From Octopus sinensis (Eukaryota): 64,000 bases of DNA. Both the position numbers and the translations under genes were made by a program. The notes beneath the pieces were generated by a model. The model was not told where the DNA came from, ran no database searches, and was given only the letters and a program-made list of their open reading frames with translations. Numbering within the stretch: position 1 is the first letter of the stretch; each line of letters starts with the position of its first letter. Location of the stretch: the NCBI RefSeq assembly GCF_006345805.1, contig NC_043004.1:40982001-41046000 (forward strand), given 5' to 3'. Positions 1 to 14,067 of this stretch are shown here, piece after piece.

Positions 1-15
1 GACGCACTCACATAA

Positions 16-52
<37 letters not shown>

Positions 53-107
53 TACACACACATATTTATATATATGACTGGCTTCTTTCAATTTCCACCT
101 ACCAAAT

Positions 108-424
108 GCAGTGGAGGCACATGGCCTAGTGGTTAGAGCAGTGGACTCGCGGTCGAGGGATTGCGGTTTCAAATCTCAGACCGGTCGATGTGTGTATTTA
201 TGAGCGAAAACACCTAAGCTCCACACGGCTCTGGCAGAAGGTAATGGCGAACTTCTGCTGACTCTTTCACCACAACTTTCTCTCACTCTTTCCTCCTGCA
301 TCTTGCAGCTCACTTGCGATGGACTGGCGTCCCGTCCAGGTGGGGAACCTATACGCCACAGAAACCGGGAAACCGGCTCCTATGAGCCAGGCATGGCTCG
401 AGGAGGAACAAACAAACAAAACAA
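108..424 (+). mobile_element. tRNA-derived SINE (family C) nested inside a minus-strand family A SINE
   Basis: Head TGGCCTAGTGGTTAG (A-box) and GGTTTCAAATC (B-box-like), (AAAC)n tail. 11-bp target-site duplication ACCTAC(C/A)AAAT at 97-107 and 425-435. Host SINE text resumes on both sides. Confidence 0.85.
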
Positions 425-769
425 ACCTACAAAATCCACTCACAAGGCTTGTTGATGTTTTTGTTGTTGTTGCTATTGTTGACTATGATGATAATGAGAA
501 TACTCAGCCCTGGTTGAGTAGAACTGTGATAAAAGATGTTCTAGCCACGACCATTCCATCTAAATTTATCCCAATGTATCAAAGATTACATTGCTGAAAG
601 TATTCCATTTTTTCCCCTTCTTCCTTTCTAGATCAGCTTTGATCAAACAGACCTACAATCAAAGATACTGCAGCCTAAGCAATCCCATCTTTTATTTGAA
701 TGCAACATATCTAGAACTACATTATCCAACGGGTTTTATTTGTTTTTTTGTTTGTTTGTTTTTAAATAT

Positions 770-1200
770 AGGCGTAGGAGTGGCTGTGTGGTAAGTAGCT
801 TGCTTACGAACCACATGGTTCCGGGTTCAGTTCCACTGCGTGGCACCTTGGGCAAGTGTCGTCTACTATAGCCTTGGGCCGACCAAAGCCTTATAAGTGG
901 ATTTGGTAAACGGAAACTGAAAGAAGCCCGTCGTATATACGTATATATATATGGATGTGTGTGTGTGTGTGTATGTGTAGGTGTGTATGTTTGTGTGTCT
1001 GTGTTTGTCCCCCCAACATCGCTTGACAACCGATGCTGGTGTGTTTATGTCCCCATAACTTAGCGGTTCGGCAAAAGAGACCGGTAGAATAAGTACTAGG
1101 TTTACAAAGAATAAGTCCTGGGGTTGATTTGCTCGACTAAAGGTGGTGCTCCAGCATGGCCACAGTCAAATGACTGAAACAAGTGAGAGTAAAAGAGTAA
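770..1200 (+). mobile_element. Full-length tRNA-derived SINE, family A (internal (TA)n(TG)n tract); about 20 further full or partial copies in the window
   Basis: GGAGTGGCTGTGTGG A-box, GGGTTCAGTTCC B-box, CCTTGGGCAAGT motif, internal microsatellite, tail GACTGAAACAAG...AAAAGAG. The same text recurs at about 6291, 17460, 18000, 26570, 27935, 32865, 37225, 47800, 48195, 53570, 55250 and 58040. Confidence 0.9.
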
Positions 1201-1829
1201 CTGTAGGGTGTAATTTGAAAGAGATTTGGCTGCTATTTCTAGCAGGACAATATTACACTGTAGAAGCTCTCATCGTTAGGTGGTAGATAGGAGGACATGT
1301 TGGCCCACTTGGGGATATGTTCTGTTAGTAATTGCGATAAGTGCAGTGTTGCTGTCATCCCCATTATCATATCACAGCAGAGGTAACTGGTGTGAACCTA
1401 ACAGCCTGTACTAAAAAAAAAATAATCAAGTTTTTTCCTTTTGTTCATGTGTGTGTTTTTTACTATAAATTGGTTGAAATACTCTCTTCTGTTTCACTCC
1501 TCCTCTCTTGCTAACATACATGCATGCATACATTGATACATATTCACTTAAACATGTACATATATCAAAATGTGAGCATAAATACACAAACACACACACA
1601 CACACATACACACACACACAGCTACACGAATGCATGCCAGCATACAAAAGCATTCATAGGGAGTAAAAACAAATCCGAAGGCACATGCAATCATGGTTAC
1701 CTACATGTACACAGACACACACACAAACACACACGCACAATTTCTAAATACCACTCACAATAACAAGATTATAGCTCCCTAGAGAATATCTTAAAAAAAC
1801 AAAGCCTGACAGCCATAAGAAGTTTAATC

Positions 1830-1888
<59 letters not shown>

Positions 1889-2013
1889 AATATACACACA
1901 CACACATATATATAGATATAAATATGTATGTATACACACACACACTTGTGTGTGTGTGTGTGTGTATGCAGATATGGACCTATGCTACATATAAACACAC
2001 ACACACACATACA

Positions 2014-2067
<54 letters not shown>

Positions 2068-2107
2068 ATATACACACACACATATACATATGCACACACA
2101 CGCTTGA

Positions 2108-2316
2108 AGGGGTGCTGAAAAGCTTCTGGCTTTAAGGGTATTGCAAAAGGCCTGATTGGAGGCCCAGCCTTCCTAGTTCTTTTGAGGGACTAAGAAAAAC
2201 TGAAGGTCCACTGCAATAAGTGTCTGAATCAGAAAAGGGAACGTGTCGAATAAAATCATAATTAATTGATCCTCCTGTATTTTCTTTTACTCAAAGCTAG
2301 GAACTTTTCAACACCT
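2108..2316. mobile_element. Non-autonomous mariner-type element (internally deleted)
   Basis: Inverted ends GGGTGCTGAAAAGCTTCTGGCTTT / AAAGCTAGGAACTTTTCAACACC. The interior resembles the degraded C-terminus of a mariner transposase. Confidence 0.6.
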
Positions 2317-2769
2317 ACTATCATATGAAATACAAATCATCTCCATTAACAGAGGATAAATGCAGATGCGGAAATACCGGTGCATGTGCACAAATTCCTT
2401 CATTACTTTTGGACATGTTCCATCCTAATATATCAGCAAATGTTACTAAATCTAGTTGTTTCTCAGTACCACATTTATAGACTTTGTATAGAACATCCAC
2501 AAATGATAATATGGGTTACATTGGTTCCCCTGCTGTCGTAAATCCTTACAGATAACCACTAGCTTTTTATAAAACGAAATGACTGTAGATTCAATGCTGA
2601 AATAAACAAAAGCACAGTCCTTGGAATATTCTCATTCAAATATTCATAATGTCAGAAACAATCATTTCTTACTTCAGCTACAAGTATGAAGATTGTTGAC
2701 CAGCTACAAGTTCGAAGATTACAAGTCTTTCACAGTAACAACCAAGGCAGTCAGTACTTTTGCTAGCTT

Positions 2770-3256
2770 GCAGTGGCTTCCATGCCAGTGGCACGTAAAA
2801 AGCACCAATCCGATCGTGGCTGTTGCCAGCCTCGCGTGGCACGTAAAAAGCACCAATCCGATCGTGGCCATTGCCAGCCTTGCCTGGCACCTGTGCCGGT
2901 GACACGTAAAAAGCACCAATCCGATTGTGGCCGTTGCCAGCCTCGCCTGGCACATAAAAAGCACCAATCCGATCGTGGCCATTGCCAGCTTCGCCTGGCA
3001 CCTGTGCTGGTGGCACATAAAAAGCACCAATCCGATCGTGGCCATTGCCAGCCTCACCTGGCACCTGTACCGGTGGAACGTAAAAAGCACCACTACACTC
3101 ACCGAGTGGTTGGTGTTAGGAAGGGCATCCAGCTGTAGAAACACTGCCAGATCAGACAAGGGCCTGGTGCAGCCTTCTGGCTTCCCAGATCCCGGTCGAA
3201 CCGTCCAACCCGTACTAGCACGGAAAACAGATGTTAAACGATGATGATCATGATGA
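2770..3256 (+). mobile_element. 5'-truncated RTE LINE 3' end with ~60-bp VNTR and (GAT)n tail
   Basis: About 6 units of GGCACGTAAAAAGCACCAATCCGATCGTGGCC..., then GGAAGGGCATCCAGCTGTAGAAAC...GTTAAACGATGATGAT. Same sequence as the 3' UTR of the long RTE at 33.3-33.9 kb. Confidence 0.85.
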
Positions 3257-3269
3257 TAAAGTGCGGAAT

Positions 3270-3760
3270 AGAATTTCTGTTATCAAACCATACAGTAAGT
3301 GATTTCTTCAGTGTTCTCTCACTTCGAATGGGTTGGTTCACCTTTATCAACAGTTATTCAGCACATCCTTCACTTCTTTCTTTCTACCTATGTGCTCATT
3401 AATCATTTTCTTGCTAAACTTGCAATGGTCTTGGAGGAATTGGTTGAGACAGCTTGTGTACAGCTTATGCATAATATTTAGGCAAGTAACAGGCCTATAA
3501 TTCCATACTAACTCCATGTTTTTCATTCTTGACTTCAAGATTTGTCCATGCTACGACTAGTCAGTCTAGAATATCAATCTTTAGAATACCAATCTTTAGA
3601 ATTAAGGAATACATACTAGTGATTTTCTGGAGACCATCTATATCTTGTACCAGTATCCAGCTATTAGTTATCTTCCTGGTGCTTTCCTATTATGCAGCAT
3701 TTCCCATAGCTTTTAATGGAAATTTCAAAGTTAATTATGTAAGTTTTACTGTTGATATTT
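3270..3760 (-). mobile_element. Degraded R4/Dong-like non-LTR RT fragment
   Basis: Translation NYRPVTCLNIMHKLYTSCLNQFLQDHC matches the RT domain-0/1 region typical of R4-clade elements. Frameshifted. Confidence 0.55.
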
Positions 3761-3879
3761 GTACAGTATCTTTACTTTCCATTCCAGATCTTAAAACAAA
3801 TTGATTTAAGATCTTGAGAAAAGGTTCTCTTTATGAAGATACTGTTTTTTTTTCTTCAACCTTTGGTGTACAGCTTATG

Positions 3880-4180
3880 GAAGAGAATGTATGTTCCTTC
3901 CTTCTCAAGCCATGCTTGGCTCATAAGGGCCAGTTTTCTGGTCTCGTGGCGTATAGGTTCCCCACCTGGACGGGATGCCGGTATGTCGCAGGTGAGCTGC
4001 AAGATGCAGTAGGAAAGAGTGAGAGAAAGTTGTGGCGAAAGAGTTAGCAGAGGTTCGCCATTACTTTCTGCCAGATCAGCGTGGAGCTTAAGTGATTCGC
4101 TCATAAACACACACATCGCCCGGTCTGATATTCGAACCCACGATCCCTCGACCGCGAGTCCACCGCTCTAACCACTAGGT
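3880..4180 (-). mobile_element. tRNA-derived SINE family C
   Basis: Reverse complement of the 108-424 element over its whole length. Confidence 0.85.
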
Positions 4181-4724
4181 TACGGAAGAGAAGCAAACTT
4201 GTGGTTAATGCTGGCTTGTTGTAGAAGATTTTATGTCTGTTTGTACCCATGTGTATATGTTTGTGTTAATGTAGAAATATATATAGAGAGCAAGGGAGGG
4301 GGAGAGAGAAGGGGAGAGAGAGAGAGATGACCAGTTCGCTAATGCATGTGGAGCAAAAAAAAATAAAACTCTACACAGAACATATATGATTTTAACTATA
4401 CTACCTGGTGATTTACTATATTTCACATGACATGTCAATCCAAGTGAATCATGGTCATTGCCAATGCCAGTGACATGTAAAAGATACCCAATATGCTCTA
4501 CAGAGAGGCTGACATTCGGAAGAGTATCCAGCCATAGAAACCAAGTGAAAACAGACAACAGGAACCTGGTGCAGCTCTCCAGCTTACCAGTCAAAGAGTC
4601 TAACCCATGCCAGCATGGAAAACGGATGTTGAATGATGGTGAGAATAATGATGATGATGATGACGACGACGACGTATGCGCGTGCATACATTTTTCACCA
4701 GTTATATACTGGTGCACGATAAAG

Positions 4725-4950
4725 CGGCGAGCTGGCAGAATCGTTAGCATGCCAGGCGAAATGCGTAGCTGTATTTCTTCTGCCGTTACGTTCTGAGTTC
4801 AAATTCCACCAAGGTCGACTTTGCCTTTCATCCTTTCGGGGTTGATAAATAAAGTACCAGTAATGCACTGGGGTCGATGTAATCGACTTAATCCCTTTGT
4901 CTGTCTTTGTTTGTCCCCTCTATGTTTAGCCCCTTGTGGGCAATAAAGAA
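4725..4950 (+). mobile_element. SINE family B; further copies near 27290, 38040 (tandem pair), 41765, 43020, 43865, 44888, 47065, 51395, 51851 and 52698
   Basis: GGCGAGCTGGCAGAA...GAGTTCAAATTCC...GACTTTGCCTTTCATCCTTTCGGGG...CCCCTTGTGGGCAATAAAGAAATA, repeated across the window. Confidence 0.88.
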
Positions 4951-4964
4951 ATATATATATATAA

Positions 4965-5335
4965 AATCAAAATCGAAATCGTTCAACATCAATGGAAATT
5001 GTAACTGTGATACCAGTGCCGGTGGCACGTAAGAGAACCATCCGAACGTGGCTGTTGCCAGCACCACCCTGACTGGCCTCCGTGCCGGTGGCATGTAAAA
5101 AGTGCCATCCGATCGTGGCCGTTTGCCAGCCTCGTCTGGCACCTGTGCAGGTGGCACATAAAAAGCACCCACTACACTCTCGGAGTGGTTGGCGTTAGGA
5201 AGGGCATCTAGCTGTAGAAACACTGCCAGATCAGACTGGGCCTGGTGCAGCCTTCTGGCTTCCCAAACCCCATTTGAACTGTCTAACCCATGCTAGCATG
5301 GAAAACGGACGTTAAACGATGATGATGATGATGAT
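4965..5335 (+). mobile_element. RTE LINE 3' tail (also 4440-4672 +, 10240-10565 -, 16650-16927 +, 19055-19235 -)
   Basis: Same VNTR unit and GGAAGGGCATC...TTAAACGATGATGAT terminus as the long RTE. Confidence 0.85.
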
Positions 5336-5685
5336 ACTGGTGCACGATATAAACATTGGTGAGAAAATTGATGTTTGTAATATTTCTTCTGCAGTGAGCT
5401 ACAAACACTCCCTAGCCACTCTTGCATCAGAAATGCAGTAAACCAATGATTGATCCACTGGAAAATCCATAACCAACAATGCTCAAAGGCATACCAACTA
5501 ATGTGTCTTTGAGCATAGAACTTTCGGATCTGAAAGGAAGGACTGTATTCATAATTTTTGCAGGGCTTTTCAGTTTAACAAGATCAAAAGGTTGACATTC
5601 AGTCTGAAGTTTTTTGTCCAATGTCTGCAGGAAATTTATAAGGAACGGTAGGGCCTATGATCCTATGATTTTTTGCAGATGTTTT

Positions 5686-5781
5686 GAGGCTAGTAAGATC
5701 ATAGTAAGATCATAAATGAGGTTAGTAAGATCATAGTAAGATCATAAATGAGGCTAGTAAGATCATAGTAAGATCATAAAT
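5686..5781. repeat. 3 x 32-bp minisatellite
   Basis: GAGG(C/T)TAGTAAGATCATAGTAAGATCATAAAT three times in tandem. Confidence 0.9.
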
Positions 5782-6245
5782 CATAGTTGTCCAATATCAG
5801 GGAAATAATCATGAATAACAGAACAAATTAAACATCAACATAGTTATCAATAACAACAAAACTAACTCCATCACGAATAGCATCAGTTGATTCATCACTC
5901 ATCACTCACATGATCTCTTTTTTTAGTCTGTTCCTGACCTTTTTTTATGGAGCTTGTTCCTGACTTTCCTTGGGGGTTTCAAACAGAATTATGTAAATTT
6001 ACTTACATTCAGGCTAGTTGTTTCTAGAGAAATTCTTTATAATAATTTTCTAAATCAACAGTTACAAAGGGAGATCTTTTAATTGAATTACAGTCACTTA
6101 TTTCTGGCTGACTGATTGTTCCTAGAGAGACCTATTACACTTTCTCGTAATAAATATAAATTACTTTCAACTTTTGATATAAGACACACAACGCATACAC
6201 ACAATATACATACATACATACATATATATATATGTGTGTGTGTGC

Positions 6246-6284
<39 letters not shown>

Positions 6285-6483
6285 TATACATCAGGAGTGG
6301 CTGTGTGGTAAGTAGCTATAGGCACAGGAGTGGCTATGTGGCAAGTAGCTTGCTTACCAACTACATGGTTCAGGTTCAGTCCCACTGCGTGGCACCTTGG
6401 GCAAGTGTCTTCTACTATAGCCTTGGGCCAACCAAAGCCTTGTGAGTGTATTTGGTAGATGGAAACTGAAAGAAGCCTGTCGT

Positions 6484-6532
<49 letters not shown>

Positions 6533-6617
6533 GTGTGTGTGCATATGCTTGTGTTTGTCCCCCCTACGTCACTTTACAACCGATGTTGGTGTGTTTACGT
6601 CCCCATAACTTAATGGT

Positions 6618-6657
<40 letters not shown>

Positions 6658-7400
6658 ATAATGATATATATATATATGCATATATACATGCATACATGTA
6701 CATGCCTACATATATATGTATATATACATGCATATATGGGTACAGGACATCAAAAAAACATGAACAAAATGAGAAATAAGAACATAAAAAACAAAAACAG
6801 AAAACAAACATTTTTCCGAACAACGAAAGAAACAAATAGAGAAACGAGACAGGCAACATAAAGAACATATACACATCATCATCATCATCATCATTTAACA
6901 TCTGTTTTCCATGCTGGCATGCATTGGATGGCCTTACAGAAGCTGGCCAGCTGAAAAGCTGCCCAGGTTTTTCTTCAGCTTTTCAGCTGACCAAGAGAAG
7001 CTTCTGTGAGTGTGTGTGTGTGTGCACATGTATGCATGCCTGTGTGTGTATATATATGTGTATAAATATTTGGTCTGATCAATAAGTATCCGAACTACAG
7101 CCATAGTTAGAAAGCTAAAGCACATAGAGTGAAGCCATTTGGCTCAGATTGACTTTGAACTCTGCTATGCATGTGCACTAAGTTTTAACATTCTACCTCA
7201 CTTCTGCTGTTTGCAGCAGTACTTGGAAAGAAGATGAGTAGTGTGTGATCATCACAATGACCATGGCAGAGAAAGTTGCCCAGTACATCTATAAAGTTTT
7301 TGGCATTGGGAAAGGCATCCAGCTACAGAAACCATGCTGAAGCTGACATAGGAGCTCAACATGGCCCTGCAGCTCACTGGATCCTGTAAAACCATCCAGA

Positions 7401-7752
7401 TGGATCTCATTCTTGCTCACATCATAAGTGGAAAGTGTAACCTCTTGAAAGAGCTGTTCTTCACTCCTGCTCCAGAGTGTCGGCTGCGGGGTCACTCCGA
7501 AAAGCTCTATCTGCGACGATTTCATCTTAATTGAAGGAGAGGGGCTTTCTCCGTCCGGGTTGCGGATCCGTGGAATAAGCTGCCGGACGAGATAGTGAAG
7601 ATGCCGACGACCGCTCGGTTCAAAGTCTCTCTTGACCAGAAATGGCCTGAACTCTTTGCATAAACACCCTCCCTGTACATAACTCCATGTCCCCCTACAT
7701 GGCCTTGTGTTTTGCTTTTTGAGCCAAAAAATTAACTTAACTTAACTTAACT
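7401..7752 (+). mobile_element. CR1 LINE 3' end, nested in an RTE tail
   Basis: Translates ...ELFFTPAPECRLRGHSEKLYLRRFHLN*RRGAFSVRVADPWNKLPDEIVKM...LDQKWPELFA*, then a (TTAAC)n tail. RTE tail text flanks both sides (7300-7400, 7753-7800). Confidence 0.85.
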
Positions 7753-8729
7753 ATGCCAGCATAGAAAATGGACATTAAGTAATGATGATTATGATGATGA
7801 TGTGATCTGAGGGTAATCTGACTACTTTTTCTAGTAGATCAAACAACTTTGTAGTTTTGCGAGCCACATGGAATCATTGATTGGGGTTGCCCTGGTAGTA
7901 GATAAAAGGGTTAAGGGTAAAGACTGCCTTCGGTCATGACAGTTACTGTTCGAGGCACAAGTCCGGGCAAGGCTGGTTATGGAAGACAGCAGTTGCCCAT
8001 GTGTTCCAGCCACCGATGTTGACCAAGGGAAAGGCAAAGGCCAATACAGCTTGGCACCAGATATCATCACAACTCATTTCTACAGCTGAGTGAACTGGAG
8101 CAATGTGAAATAAAGTATCTTGCTCAAGAACTCAACACACCACAGCCCAGTCTTGGAATTGAACTCTCTACTACTGTTATCAAATGTGCCTTCATTAGAT
8201 AAAATCAACATTTCCAGAAGACCTTAATGATACAAAGCAAATTATCATACACTGAAAAATTAATATAATATAGGTACCTCATGACTAGCTCAGTCATAAA
8301 AAGGAACAATTACAACTGCTGTTGCTGCTGCTGCTGCCACTACTGCTACTGCTGCCGCTACAGCTGCTGCACTATAATATAAAATCTAATGCTAATAACG
8401 TCCATAATTCTGATTTGGGTTTGAATCCTTCAATTAAGAAATAAAATGTTTATAATGCCCACCACCACCACCATCACAATCTCGCACAAAAAGAAACAAA
8501 AACAAACAAAAATAAAACAAAAGAAAAAACGTTAAAAAAAATACCAGCATATAATTTAAAGAGGCAGAAAAAAAATAGAAATGCAAATGTGTCAAGTGCA
8601 AAATTGAGGGAAATAATTTTTTTTTAAATTAAATAAATGAAGATAAAAACTTTCAAGTTATAATAAAGATGAATATGAGCAAATTAATCACCAGATCAAT
8701 AATCTTTTGGATAAAGTGAACACAAAATT

Positions 8730-8783
<54 letters not shown>

Positions 8784-8961
8784 GTATATATATATGTATG
8801 TATATAAACCGGAAATTTGAAAAATATAGAAATAAAGAGGAGGTCATCAACGCTGCATTGAGGCTTAGAATATTGGCAAATGTTAAAGCTTATCTAGAAA
8901 GATAAATGTCTGAGATATTTTGGGAGATGAAAGGAGAGAGAGAGAGAGAGAAAGAGAGAAT

Positions 8962-8970
8962 GATAAATGA

Positions 8971-9064
<94 letters not shown>

Positions 9065-9066
9065 GG
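8962..9066. repeat. (GATA)n microsatellite
   Basis: Long perfect ATAG run. Confidence 0.95.
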
Positions 9067-9734
9067 ATGGGTAGGTAGATGGCTGGTTGGATGGATGGTG
9101 ATAAGGCTAGAGATACAGATAGGGAAAAGGACAGAGGGAGAGAGAGATAATGGGAGAGTAAGAGATAAAGAGAGAGAGAGAGAGAGAAAGAACAAGCTAT
9201 AATAATTTCAACAAAGATCTTTAATCAACAAACATTTCAAATGAAATTAGGAGAGCATAATGTGGAGACAAAAATATTAAATTAAGAAAAAGAAAGAAAT
9301 TTACTGCTAAAACAGCAACTTGCAAAGACTCATTGCTTGGAGGAGCATTCGAAATCAAGTACTCATAACATTCACTAATCAATTAGAGAGGGCTGTTTGC
9401 TGATGTTTATTTGAAATAATAATAACAACAACAACAACAGCAATAAAAAGAATGTGCAAGCCAATAGGACAAAAATCAGTCACTATGATCAGAGAATCCT
9501 ATAGAACAAACAAAACAGAATTCAAAATTGATAAAAAATGATTTTATTGAGAAATAAATGGATGAAAAGATAAAGACACATGCACCCCAAATGTGGAAGA
9601 AAGTCAAAGATTCTGTAACAAGATATGGAGGAAAGAGTAAATGCACAACACTAATGCAGGGAGAGGCTATGCAACATGCAAGAAACAAATATAAGTCCAA
9701 TGCAAGAAGTCATTAAGCTAAGCAAGGAGGATGT

Positions 9735-10239
9735 TTAACCCATTTTTAACCCAGATTAACCCTGTTGAAATTTTGAAGAGAGTTATATAAATAGGGATAA
9801 CAAACATACAGAAGCATGCAGTTAACCTTTATTGCAGTAAATAGATCACATAAAAAAAATAATAAATGCGCCCTTTTAAAGCCTAGCCAGGCTCATGGGT
9901 CTGATTTCCTGGTTTCAATGGCGTATGTGTTCCCAAGCTGGATGGGATGCCAGTCCATCACAGCATTGCTCGTTTTTGCCAGCTGAGTGGACTGGAGCAA
10001 TGTGAAATGAAATGTTTTGCTCAAGAACACAACACATCGCCTGGTCCAGGAATCGAAACCACAATCTTACAATCATGATGCTGACACCCTAACCACTAAG
10101 CCACGTGCCTCCACTAAATAAATCAAATACAATAGTTAAATAAATCCAAGTATTATTTTGCATTCAGTTAACCCTTATTGCAGTAAACAAACCAAATACA
10201 ACTGTCCTCAAATGAGGACAGTGGGTTAAAATGGGTTAA
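9735..10239. mobile_element. TTAA-flanked (piggyBac-like) MITE with a nested CORE-like SINE at about 9860-10115 (-)
   Basis: Ends TTAACCCATTTTTAACCCA / TGGGTTAAAATGGGTTAA. The nested SINE has a tRNA head and a CTTGAGCAA...CTCCAGTCCACTCAGCTGGCAAAAA module. Confidence 0.6.
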
Positions 10240-10689
10240 TGAGTAATCATCATCATCATCGTTTAGCATTTGTTTTCCATGTTGGCATGGGTTAGATGGT
10301 TTGATTGGAAGTGGTAAGCCAGAAAGCTGCACCAGGCTCCAGTCTCTTTTGGCTTGGTTTCTATGGCTGAATTCCCTTCCTAATGCCAAGCACTCCATAG
10401 AGTGTACTAGATGTCTTCTATGTGTCACTGGCACAGGTGCCTTTTAGTTATCTCTGGCACAGGTGCTTTTTATGTGTCATCAGCATGGGTGCTTTTTATG
10501 TGTCACTGGCACAGGTGCCTTTTACATGTCACTGGCTCTGGCCGTGACTATGATCTTACTTAGCCTGGCATGTCTTCTCAAGCACATCAAATCAGGAAAA
10601 TGCAGAAAAATAAGCAACTGGAAAGCAGGAGGCCTAGATTAAGTTCAGAATGCTATGAAAGGATAGCAAGCAATTAAGCACATTACTTG

Positions 10690-11460
10690 AAGGTCACACA
10701 GAAATCCCAGGTTGATTGAGCAGAGGCAGAAAACTATTGTACCTGAAAGAAACATTGAGAGGAAAAGCTGTTGATAACTTCAGACCAATATCCTGTCTGT
10801 CCATTATATGGAAGCTGTTAACTGGAATACTGGCAGATGAAATGTACATGTTCTTGGACCAGAATATTGTCTTACCAGAGGAGGAAAAATGGGACAAATA
10901 TGTAGAGGAACTAAAGATTAACTGTTGATAGATAAAACAGTGCTGAAAGACTGCAAAAAGTGCAAAGCCAACTTGGAGATAGAGTCAATAGACTACCAGA
11001 AAGCATATGGTATGGTTCCTCATTCATGGAATTGAGAGTGCTTGAAAATATTTGGAATAGCACATAATATCATGAATTTATTGAACTGAAGTATGAATGG
11101 ATGAACCACTGAACATCTTGGAGGCAAAGCTTAGGCTTTGTTAACATCAAACATGGAATTTTTTAAGGAGATAGCTTGTCACCAGTGTTTTTTGTATTGT
11201 ATATGATATCACTGACTTTGATTTTGAGAAGCATGAAAGCTGGGTACGAGTTCAAGGAAAGAAAAGATAAGATCAACCATTTGTTTTTTTTCTGGATGGC
11301 CTAAAACTCTATGAGAAAGATAAAAGCCAGCTTAATTCACTGATTTGAACATTAAATTGCTTTAGCATGGACATTAAAATGGAGTTTGGACTGAAAAAGT
11401 GTGGAGGAGTGATTCTAAAAAGAGGTAAATTCCAACAAATACAAGTTGTGAAGTTGCCCA
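10690..11460 (+). mobile_element. Degraded R4/Dong-like non-LTR RT remnant
   Basis: NFRPISCLSIIWKLLTGILADEMY...LPEE, LLIDKTVLKDCKK, IDYQKAYGMVPHSW and IKHGIF*GDSLSP motifs, with stops and frameshifts. Confidence 0.7.
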
Positions 11461-11723
11461 TGATAGAGGTAATGAAGAAATTTCTGGCTGAGTGAATTGC
11501 ATCAAGGTGCTATTTTTCTCACAGACAGTGCCCGACTGATCCTACTATACTGTGTAGTCAACAAAATCAAAAACAATGTTCATGCACAAAATTGAAAATA
11601 TAAAATGGTGACAATTTACCCATCACACCCTGTACATATGGCGAGCTTCTTTCAGTTTCTGTCTACCAAATACACTCACAAGGCTTTGGTCAGCTTAAGG
11701 CTACTGTAGAAGACACTTGTCCA

Positions 11724-12160
11724 TCATCATCATTGTTCAACCGTGGTCGAGACAATGGAATTTACATGCTACGCCAGACTTCATGGTCCATCATAGCATT
11801 ACGGAGGTCCTGTTGCTGGATGCCTGTATCCCTGGAGATTACATCAGGGTAGGAGAGTGTGTGCCCTCTGGTATTGCGAGTAGATGGCTTCCAGAGGAGA
11901 AGAGTAGAAATTACCTCTTTTTCAGCTTTACAACAATGTCCAACAAACTGGACTCTCCTACCTTTCACAAGAGCTGACACAGGTGGTAGTTTCCCATATA
12001 TTTGCATTTTGGTTGGATGGCACTTCCACGAGAGATTTTGAGCTCTCATAAGGAGGTGAGTGTACGTTCCATCCAACCGCCTCTCAAGCTTCTTTGATAA
12101 TGTCCAGGTTTCTGAGCCATATAGTAGAATTGGTTCGACTGTAGCTTTGAAGATTTCAAG
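11724..12160 (-). mobile_element. RTE-like LINE 3' end inserted into a family A SINE
   Basis: FKATVEPILLYGSETWTLSKKLERRLDG...WRSM, then a (ATG)n tail. 7-bp TSD TTGTCCA at 11717-11723 and 12161-12167, with SINE halves on both sides. Confidence 0.85.
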
Positions 12161-12242
12161 TTGTCCAAGGTGCCATGCAGTGGGACTGAACCCAGAACCA
12201 TGTGGTTGAGAAGCAAGCTTCTTACCACACAGCCACTTCAGG

Positions 12243-12595
12243 AAAAAGACCACAGGGTTGCCTTCTTCAAAAGATACAAGGACCACCTCAAAGCAACACT
12301 GAAAGCCACTGGAATTGAGCCTAAATCATTTGAAAGACAAGCCTGGCAGTGTTCCATCACCACTGGAACGAAAAACTTCGAAGCCACCAGAAGACAAGAG
12401 CAAGAAATGAAACGACAGGAGAGAAAGGGTCAACACAATCAACCTTGTCCGCCATCAACATTTCCACGCAGTCAATACCATCAACTCTTCTATGCAAGAA
12501 TTACTCTACATAGTCATCAACAGCATCCCCATTAAGGAAGCATTCAGCAAGGAAGAAAATAAATATTCAAATACAAGATAAAGCTGCCGCCAACG
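12243..12595 (+). mobile_element. RTE (BovB-like) LINE C-terminal remnant
   Basis: RYKDHLKATLKATGIEPKSFE...W...TTGTKNFEATRRQ...KRQERK, then a decayed C2H2-like end (FPRSQYHQLFYARITLHSHQQH). Confidence 0.65.
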
Positions 12596-12596
12596 A

Positions 12597-12636
<40 letters not shown>

Positions 12637-14067
12637 GAGGCACACACACATACAGACACACTCACATGCACACATACTCATACACAAGCACATTCATACA
12701 AACTTATATACAAACTCATATTCATACATGCTTACACACATATACACACTCATTCTTACATGTATTCTTACAGACAGACTCATACATGCATACTCATGCA
12801 TACACTCATTCACACACACACACACAAATACACACATGTGCTTATGCATATTTCTGCTATATTTTTTATGCTGAAATACATTAAAAAAAACCCTTAAAAC
12901 AGCAAACAAAAACTAAAAGAAAAACATAAAAACCAAAGAAACCAAATTCCACATGCACTCAGCTCTCCTCCTCCTCCTCCTCCACCCTCCCACCTCACCA
13001 AAACCATAATCATAACCAAACCATCATTTGTTTTACTTCGCTACTTCCAAATAATTCCAAAATCACCATTGAATTCTTCAAAATTAATTCAATATTGTCA
13101 AAGACCATTGACATTTTCCTCTTTTATGAAAACACTAAAAGTTGTGTTCAAGATTTCCTTTCTTCAATTCTATACCAACAGACATTTTCCAAGACATACA
13201 AATTCTCTTCTTCCTTGAACCATTTGTTGATAATTTTTTTCTGTTTTTTTTTTATTTCAAATTATTTTTCATTTTTTGTTTGTATGTTTTTTTTTTGAAA
13301 TTTTTTATATTTTAATATATTCATTATTTCATATTTTCATTCATTTATGGTAATCTTTCATTTCTTACTTTCTTTCTTTCTCTTCTTCCTTCTTTTTTTT
13401 GTTGCTACCTATTTCATTCTTTCAGCAATCCAGGTGAATAGGTTTTCTTTTTCACTTTTATTCCATTTTTTTCTCCATATTCTGTTCTGCATTTATTTTC
13501 CAATCATTATAGCTATGTGATTATTACTATCTGTTATACACTTAGTCTTTTACATCTTCATTCTGTTAATCTCTCTTCTATATAAATGTCATGTCTTTTT
13601 GTTCGTCTTTAATGTTGCATTCATTTATTCATTTATTCCTCCATCCTTTTCATTCACTCATCCCTTATTTTATTCTCATTCTCATTTTCATTTCATTTTG
13701 TCACTCTGTTTTTTTTTTCCCTTATATTTAAGCATGTGTAACTGGCACAGACATGGCTGTGTAGTTAAAAAGCTCACTTTGCACCATATGGCTTCAGGCT
13801 TACCTTATATTTCAGTGATTTGGGAAACAGTTTGAAGTTTTAAAATTTTGCACAAAAAGAAAAAAAATTCTATATCATTTTATTTTTTTTATCTGTTCTC
13901 ATACTTTGTAACATAAATGTTAGGTTTTCTTTCATTGATTCTGTTCATTGGATTTTCATTCTTTTAACCTTTTACTTTATCTGATTTCATTTAAATTTTA
14001 TTTAATTTATTCACCTAATTTTTTAAAAAAGTTAGGTTTTAATTGTTTTATGTTTTTTTGCTTTTTG

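Noticed and set aside
2325-2520. Protein-like 50-60-codon open stretches on both strands
   Set aside because: No convincing splice sites or recognisable motif; the weak SWIM-like CxC..C pattern lacks the His.
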